This document shows, piece by piece, positions 56,680 through 64,000 of a stretch of 64,000 nucleotides of DNA (its first letter is position 1; every line of letters starts with the position of its first letter). Under the pieces are notes generated by a model. The model saw only the letters and a program-made list of their open reading frames with translations. It was not told the origin of the DNA and did not search any database. The position numbers were made by a program, and so were the translations under genes. Source of the DNA: Vicugna vicugna (lineage: Eukaryota). The stretch lies in the NCBI GenBank assembly GCA_013265495.1, contig MU062871.1, positions 310,001-374,000 of the forward strand, in the 5' to 3' direction.

Positions 56680-57218
56680 TGTCAGGATGACAAGAGCCTG
56701 GGCAAGATTAAGGCAAACTGCAGAGGCCTGGGGTGAGACAAGAGGGAAGGGGGCAGGGCACAACCATTAAAAGAATGACGCAGCCATTGAAGACAGAACA
56801 TAAACTGGTTAGAACCAAGATGGCAGAAGATTTGACTTCTAGTAGACCTTGAGCCTCGTGACACATCCACGTCCACCATGACAGGTCCCAGACTGACCAG
56901 AAAAGGCCCAAAAGTGGGCAGGGCCAAATCCCTGGAAATCTGCCCCCTTCCACAACAGACTTGGAATAATCCTCCCACTCGTTAGCATATGAAATTACCC
57001 AGCCCATAAAAACTAACCAGCCCTGCACCTCATGAGTGAAAGCAGCCAGGTTCCGTCTTTAGCATGTATATCTCCTAAGGCCACCTCTCTAGATTCCTGA
57101 GGTGGCCTGCACTCTGTCTATGGAGTGTGTATCTCCCTGAATAAATCTTCTTTCACTTTAATATGGTTCGCTCTTGAATTCTTCCCTGTGCGAGACAAGA
57201 ACCTATTCTCCAGCAACA
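56680..57218 (+). mobile_element. MER41-like ERV1 solo LTR
   Basis: tgtcag...gcaaca termini; TATA-like CATAAAA at 57005-57011; AATAAA at 57140-57145; 3' text ctgcactctgtctatggagt...tttcacttta...cttgaattctt...tgcgaga...caagaacc resembles the remembered MER41 consensus. Confidence 0.75.
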
Positions 57219-58879
57219 ACGGGGCTACAATTCCTGCTCAGGGCAAGGGGCTGCAAAGGAAACAGTGGCTGGATATTGTCCCCCAGGCTCACCCTAAGGC
57301 TGCTGTCTCCCACTCTCCCTGCCCTTGGAGAGATTTCTCCTGTCCCCAACCCAGGGGACATCAGACCTCTTCTCTGCTATCTACAAGTGTGCACCTGCCT
57401 TTCCCAGTGGAGCCTTAGAAAGCAGGAGGAAGACTAGGGGGCTGAGGCCTTCCAAGCTCGAAAGGCTTCACATTCTGCAAGCCTTTCAAAGGCTGCTTCC
57501 TCTGCACTTTAAATAGATGTGCTATGCTGAGTTTTAAATTTGACACATTCTTTTTCTGAACCTAAAAAAGGCACAATGGAGAAAGCAAGCCAGCAAGAAA
57601 TGTCGTGAGTCACCCTGGGGAGGAAGGGAGCTGCTCCCTGCTTGGAGGCAGTGGTCAGGGGAACATTCCAAGGGTGTGTGTGCCTCGATAGGGGAGAGTG
57701 GAAATGGGTGGGAACAGCTGAGGTCAACAGGATGGGCTCTGAGTCGTCTCTGGAATAGGTGACTGTGTTCTGTGGGTCTTGTGTCTGGGCAAGCCTCAGG
57801 TACATTGGAAAGACAGAGGAAGGCAGCAGAGATTTAAACTGAACATTGGGTCTAGTAACACATCCCTCAGACATTGGTGAAGAACACATTTCATCATTAG
57901 ACTTTTGCTTAGTTAGATGACCACAGTTAGCACCAGGATTTTACAAACAGGAAAACTGAGGCTCAAGAGACTTGTGAGTTTCATAAATTCTCCTGCATTA
58001 GATCAAGACTGAAGCCTATGTTCTGAGATTCCATGTTTACCTAGATTTGGGCAGAGAGTGTTGCATTTCCTTTACAAATTTACCTCAGAAGAGAAACTCA
58101 TTTTCTTGGATAACAAGATTTGGATACTAGATATGGAAAGAAATATTACAGAGGACAGGAATTCTCAGTTTCCCATACAAGAATTAAAAGGCCTAATGTA
58201 GCCTATGATGATCCAAATCATGTCTGCAAACACGCAGCAGGATGCCCTCCACCCAACTTAAGAACCAGACTTGCCAATAAAAAGGTGAGCGCGGAGCTCA
58301 GGGCTAAACTACCAGTGCTCTGAGCTTGGTCCTCAGCCGGCCCTTAGTTCCCCATCTAAAGCTGGGAGGCCAAGTTCTGCTCCACGTTCTCTAAAGGTCC
58401 ATTTCAAATCAAGAAATGTGGTTAGTGCTTTGGAAACCAAAGCTCTTAACTAGAGTATCTGGTTTAACGTGGAACCCGCCACCCTAGAGACCTTGCCCAG
58501 ATGGTGAGCCTTCGGCAAACCTGGAACAGAGGCAGCAGTTGGCTTATGGTGTCGTACCTCACTTTGACCACCTCCTGGGCCCCTGCACCCTTGGACTGTA
58601 CAGAGTCTCTCAATGCCTCAATTTCCTCCTCTACGAGATGGTAAGTTGATTATATAAAGCATCCTCACTGGGCAGTTCCAGAGACTGACAGGATAATGTG
58701 TGTAATTATCATCAAAATGATGTACATATAATGATACGATAATGTATGTGAGCCACAGGCACGGGGCAGAGGCTTAGTCACCTTACCCCATGGTGCCCCC
58801 CACCTCAGTCTGCAGACTCCCACTCCCCAGGGGAGGCGGCCCAGGTGCTTCTGAATGTGGGCTGTGGGCTGTGGATTCA

Positions 58880-58985
58880 GCGAGTAGGACAGCAAGTCCT
58901 CTCTGAGCTGTTTCCTCACTGGTCAAGTGGGGATAATAGGACTCTTCTTGTAAGGTTCTGAAGGACTATTACAATTAGACAATGG
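58880..58985 (+). mobile_element. MIR SINE fragment
   Basis: ctctctgagctgtttcctcactggtcaagtggggataataggactc...gtaaggttctgaagga. Confidence 0.55.
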
Positions 58986-59588
58986 AAATTAAAAAATTGT
59001 TTTAAAAAAGGTCCATCAGGATTGCAATCTGGCAAAGCTTGAGTTAAGCCCAATTCAGGTGTTATACTCTAGACAGGCCATCTGCTCTGCCCTGAGCCGG
59101 GCTCTCTGCTGTGGACAAAACAGGGCAGACAGAGGTAGGGAATGGCACTTTGGGGAGGAGCAGCAAAGAGTTTCAAAGCCCTATCTTCATCTTCAACCTG
59201 AATTCCTCCTTCCTCTGGGATCTTGTCATCAAGGGCCTGGTGTGACAAGAGAGACCTGGAGCCTCCTCCCTTACTTGGTGCCCTGGGAGGAGAGAGCATC
59301 TGGGATGGGAGCAGGCGTGGGCAGCAGCTGAGGGACAGAGCCAGGGAGGCAGCAGGACACCATGTCACTTGGCCTGAGGCCCCAAGAGCTGCCTCGCTGG
59401 AGAATGAGGAAGAGAATGAGGAGAATGACCTGCCCGGGCCAACCCACATGTGAACTGGGGCTTAACACAGCACCTCCATCTCATATGATTGTTGCAAGAA
59501 TTAAATGTATTCATTCTTAAAGTGCTTGGATATCACTTGGTACCACAGTAAGTGCTAAGTAAATGTTTGATTTAAAAAAAAAATTAAA

Positions 59589-59950
59589 GGGGAGGTGCCA
59601 AGATGGCAGAGTAGAGAGACTCACAGTTCGCCCTCTCCCACAAATACACCAAGAATTACATCTACAAACCCATTGAATCGCACAGAACACCTACTGAACT
59701 CTGGCCGAGTGCCTCTCGCTTCAAAATTCTGGGGGATTCTCACAAAAAAATCCTATTAACAAGTTTATACTGTATAGCACAGGGAACTATATTCAATATC
59801 TTGTAGTAATGTGAAAAAGAATATGAAAACAAATACATCTATATTCATGTATGACTGAAGCATTGTGCTGTGCACCAGAAATTGACACATTGTAAACTGA
59901 CTATACTTCAATAAAAAAAATATATATATATATATAAAGATTTTTTAAAT
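59589..59950 (+). mobile_element. Mini LINE-1: L1 5' terminus joined to L1 3' terminus and A-rich tail
   Basis: Starts ggggaggtgccaagatggcagagtag (L1 start with YY1 motif at 59599-59607). From 59758 it is L1 3' UTR with AATAAA at 59910-59915. Candidate TSD aaaaattaaa at 59579-59588 and 59951-59960. Confidence 0.75.
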
Positions 59951-60329
59951 AAAAATTAAAATTAAAAAAAATTAGTCGAAGTCCTGGAACCTAGTGAACA
60001 TTCAGTGAATTCCTATTTTAAAACAGCCCCCAAATGCCTCCTCTCCCCTGCTGTCCTCACTCCACCCATCTCCTGTTTCCTCTGAGAGACTCACGCTGCT
60101 GAAGTGTAGAGGAGAGACTTGAGGGTCCCTGGTCATTCCTACCTTTTCAGGGTGTTTGCATTTCATAAGTCACGTTTATCCTCAGTGAAAGCAGTAACTT
60201 GTGGAATTCTCAGCCTCTGAGTTAGATGGTGTGATGGGGAGCTAAAGGAGAAAGGAGATGGGAGGGTAAAAGGCCCTCAACCCCGACCTGTCATGTTTTC
60301 TGTCCAAGGAGGGGCTGCCACTGCCTACA

Positions 60330-61030
60330 GGTGCACTCCAAAAACGTATCAGCTCCCAGAACTCTAAAAGGCAGGATGGTACAAGTGGAAAGATTCTTCA
60401 GTCAGCTCTCAGGACACTTTCAGCTGTACATCATAGACTACCCAGCTATCAGTGGCTTACACCATAAAGACATTCATCATCTCATTTAATAAGAAGTCTG
60501 GGGCTGGGAGGTTGCAGGGTTGGTTCAGTGGCTCCATAATGCCATGAAGGCTCCATGCCCTTCCCAACTTCCTTCTCCATCATCTTCAGAAGGTGGTGTT
60601 TCCTCCTCTCACGGTTGCAAGATGGCTGCCACAGTGCCAAGCATCACACATTTAAAGACAACATCCCAACCAGGAAGGGAGGGGCAGGACTTTCTTCTTG
60701 AGCTTCTCAGGGTTCTCTATTTATTCTCTCCCTCTATCTCCCTCATTCTCTCTCTGCCAACCCATTCCAGGCAGGGAAATCTTTCCCAGAAGCCCCCTAG
60801 TAGACTTTCCTTAATTTGAATTGGCTAGAACTGAGTCACATGCCTGTTTTAGACTGATCACTCGCAAAGATAAGAAAGATGAACAGGATAGCCTCAGAGC
60901 TATCAGAGTTTTAAATCTAGAACTATTGTAGCCCTGAGGGATGGAGCCACCTTCTGAGACATCACCTGTCAAATACTTGACACAAAATTGGGGCCCTGTT
61001 AACAAGGAAAGAGGGGGATGGCTGCTGGAT
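60330..61030. mobile_element. MLT1 (J/K-like) MaLR LTR relic
   Basis: cggttgcaagatggctgccacagtgccaagcatcaca; tttcccagaagccccc...attggctagaactgagtcacatg. Confidence 0.6.
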
Positions 61031-61309
61031 GGGCAACCTGGAGCCTGTCCTGAATACTTAACCCCCTAGGCCATTGTCTTGGCCTCTTTCATACTTCCTG
61101 AAATTTCTCAGGCCTGTCCAGGGCCCTTTGCAGCTGTAGGAAACATGTTGCTCACTAAATACTTTGGGCTCTTCTACCTGTTGCTGTAGCCCCCTTCCCT
61201 TGCCTTCCTACCTCCCCGCATGATGGGTTAAAGCAGAGAAATACAGACCAGCTGAGACAAACCACAATGGAGGCAAAGGTGTTAGAAACAAGCTACAAGA
61301 GAATGATGA

Positions 61310-63900
61310 TTACATGGTCCAGACTCACCAGTTAAAAGACAAATGTCAAAAAATTGAGTTAATATGGAGAGATATGTGCAGATTATAAGCCTATGAATAT
61401 TAAAGGTTAGAAGGAAAAGGATGAAGAAGGATATGTCAGACTAACATTAACCAGAAGAGAGTTGGTATCTCTGTGTTCATGTTAGGTAAAATAGACTTCA
61501 GGACAAAAAGAAGTATTAAAGATGAAAAAGATGACTATGGGGTGATAAAAGAACAAATTCACCAATAAGAGATTTCCATTTTAAATATGTATGCATCCAA
61601 AAAGTAACTTCAAAATATATGAAGAAACAATTGAAAGAACTACAAGGTGAAATCAATGAATCTATCTTCTTTTCAACATATGTCTTGACGACTGTAAGTT
61701 AAGCAGAACAAAATCAAGAACATAGAAAATCTGAATGACACAATTAACCTCGATCGAACGGACAGATAGACAAATTGATGCAACAGTATGAGAATATACA
61801 TTTGGGTTCTCCAGGCACACTGGAGCATTACAAATTTTGATTGTATACTAAGCCATAAAGACAAAACTAATTGAAAAAAAGAAGGAAAGCTGGTGGTATC
61901 ATGCTNNNNNNNNNNNNNNNNNNNNNNNNNNNNNNNNNNNNNNNNNNNNNNNNNNNNNNNNNNNNNNNNNNNNNNNNNNNNNNNNNNNNNNNNNNNNNNN
62001 NNNNNNNNNNNNNNNNNNNNNNNNNNNNNNNNNNNNNNNNAGGACAAAGGAGGCAAGAATATACAATGGAGAAAAGACAGTCTCTTCAAAAAGTGGTGCT
62101 GGGAAAACTGGACTATATGTAAATCAATGAAATTAGAACACTCCCTCATACCATACACAAAAATAAACTCAAAATGGATTAAAGACCTAAATGTAAGACT
62201 GGAACCTTAAGACTTCTAGAAGAAAACATAGGCAGAACATTCTTTGACATAAATTGTAGCAGTATCTTTTTGGATCTGTCTCCTAAGGCAAAGGAAACAA
62301 AAGCAAAAACAAATAAATGGAACCTAATCAAACTTAATAGCTTTTGCATAGCAAAGGAAACCACTGGCAAAATGAAAAAACAATTGAATGAGAGAAAATA
62401 TTTGCAAATAATATTACTGGTAAGTGGTTAATATCCAAAATGTATAAACAGCTCATACAACTCAATATAAAAAAAAAAAACAATCAAAAAATGGCAGAAG
62501 ACATGAATAGACATTTTCCAAAGAAGCCATACAGATGGTCAACAGGCACATGAAAAGATATTCAAGGTTACTAATCATCAGAGAAATGCAAATCAAACCC
62601 ACTGTGAGAAATCATCCACACGTGTTAGAATGGCTATCTCCATAAANNNNNNNNNNNNNNNNNNNNNNNNNNNNNNNNNNNNNNNNNNNNNNNNNNNNNN
62701 NNNNNNNNNNNNNNNNNNNNNNNNNNNNNNNNNNNNNNNNNNNNNNNNNNNNNNNNNNNNNNNNNNNNNNNNNNNGAACTATCATATGACCCAACAATTC
62801 CACTCCTGGGTATATATTGAAAAAAATGGCAAAAACACTAAATTGAAAAGATACATGCACNNNNNNNNNNNNNNNNNNNNNNNNNNNNNNNNNNNNNNNN
62901 NNNNNNNNNNNNNNNNNNNNNNNNNNNNNNNNNNNNNNNNNNNNNNNNNNNNNNNNNNNNNNNNNNNNNNNNNNNNNNNNNNNNNNNNNNNNNNNNNNNN
63001 NNNNNNNNNNNNNNNNNACGTGGAAAGACCTAGAAGGTATTACGCTTAGTTAAGTAAGTCAGAAAAAAACAAGTACTGTATGTTACCACTTATATGTGGA
63101 ATCTAAAAATTAAAACGAATGAACATAACAAAACAGAAACAGATTTACAGATATAGAGAACAAACTAGTGGTTATTAGTGGGGAGAAAGAAGGAGGTGGG
63201 TCAAGATGGGGTATTGTATTAAGATGCACCAACTAATATATATATAATAAATAGGCTATAAGGATATATTGTACAGCACAAGGAATATAGCCAATATTTT
63301 ATAGTTACTTTAAATGGAATATAATCTATAAAAATATTGAATCATGTTGTACACTTGCAACTAATATAATATTGTAAATCAACTGTAGTTCAATAATAAA
63401 TACACAGACCAGAATCTTTGACCTTTAAAAATGTAAATAATCCCCATATATTCATAAATGTTTTAAAAATTGCTAAATAACTCACAGGCTAAAGAGGAAA
63501 TCATATAAAACCTTTAAAATATCCAGAAGTAAGTGAAAATGAAAGTGGTGCATATCAAGTCTCGTGAGACACAGAAAAAACAATGCTTTGAGGGAAAAAT
63601 ATAACCTTAAAAATTACTTGCATTACAAAAGATGAGAGCCTCAACATTAGAGCTAGGTTTCCATTTTAAGAAATTAGAAAAAGAACAACAAAGATAATAA
63701 AAATAAACATAGACTACTGAAATAGAAAACTAAGATACAAAAAAGCTACTTTTTAGGAAAAGTTAAAATAGGTAAACCTTCATCAAGGTTGCTCAAGAAA
63801 ACAAAGAAACAAAAAGCATCATGAATGAAAAGGGGCATGTGCCTACCGAAAAACTAGATGTTAAATAAGAATAATAAAACAATACTAGCAAATCTGACAA
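61310..63900 (+). mobile_element. Older, decayed L1M ORF2 5' region, split by the 61870-63390 insertion
   Basis: Endonuclease-like text (aaatatgtatgcatccaa...gaactacaaggtgaaat, atactaagccataaa) on the left; post-endonuclease text (gagggaaaaatataacctt...aagaaattagaaaaagaacaac) on the right. Confidence 0.65.
61870..63390 (+). mobile_element. 5'-truncated LINE-1 (L1MA9/L1_Art-like), decayed ORF2 3' half and 3' UTR
   Basis: [23 protein letters not shown] peptide with frameshifts downstream; 3' UTR gcacaaggaatatagccaatatttt...ttcaataataaa; three masked N-runs. Confidence 0.9.
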
Positions 63901-64000
63901 TGTGGTAGCAAGTTTGAAACTGAAACTGAGACAAGAAGAGGTGTTAGTGATGCTGGTCACACACTATTCATGGAGGCCAACATCTGCAAGATCTTCACCT

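Noticed and set aside
52000-64000. Exons of the expected downstream neighbour PPEF1 on the minus strand
   Set aside because: No minus-strand translation resembles a PPP-family phosphatase or EF-hand protein. The gene probably lies beyond the window.

Overview
Mammalian genomic DNA, most likely a camelid X chromosome (inferred from a vic-1-type tRNA-derived SINE at ~7.2 kb and camelid-style L1 3' ends). The window holds coding exons 3-33 (human numbering) of PHKA2, the liver-type phosphorylase kinase regulatory subunit alpha, on the + strand from 5769 to 50416. The 31 exons have GT-AG introns and splice to 3471 nt (1156 aa plus stop), ending in the CaaX motif CQMQ. Exons 1-2 lie upstream of the window. 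A young sense-strand LINE-1 occupies 1-3548 and its ORF2 is open across all visible bases. The N-runs match canonical L1 spacing exactly, so they look like masks rather than assembly gaps. The rest is intronic or intergenic DNA with MIR, MER20/MER58A, Tigger1, MLT1, ERV LTR and old L1 relics. No prokaryotic-type system, CRISPR array or RNA gene is supported. The most notable observations: a 362-nt mini-L1 joining both L1 termini; two hAT MITEs sharing three copies of one target site; a MER41-like solo LTR; a stop-introducing NAGNAG acceptor; a stop-free in-frame G4 intron; and an abrupt GC3 switch between adjacent exons. Repeat-family names and human protein comparisons are from memory, not database searches.
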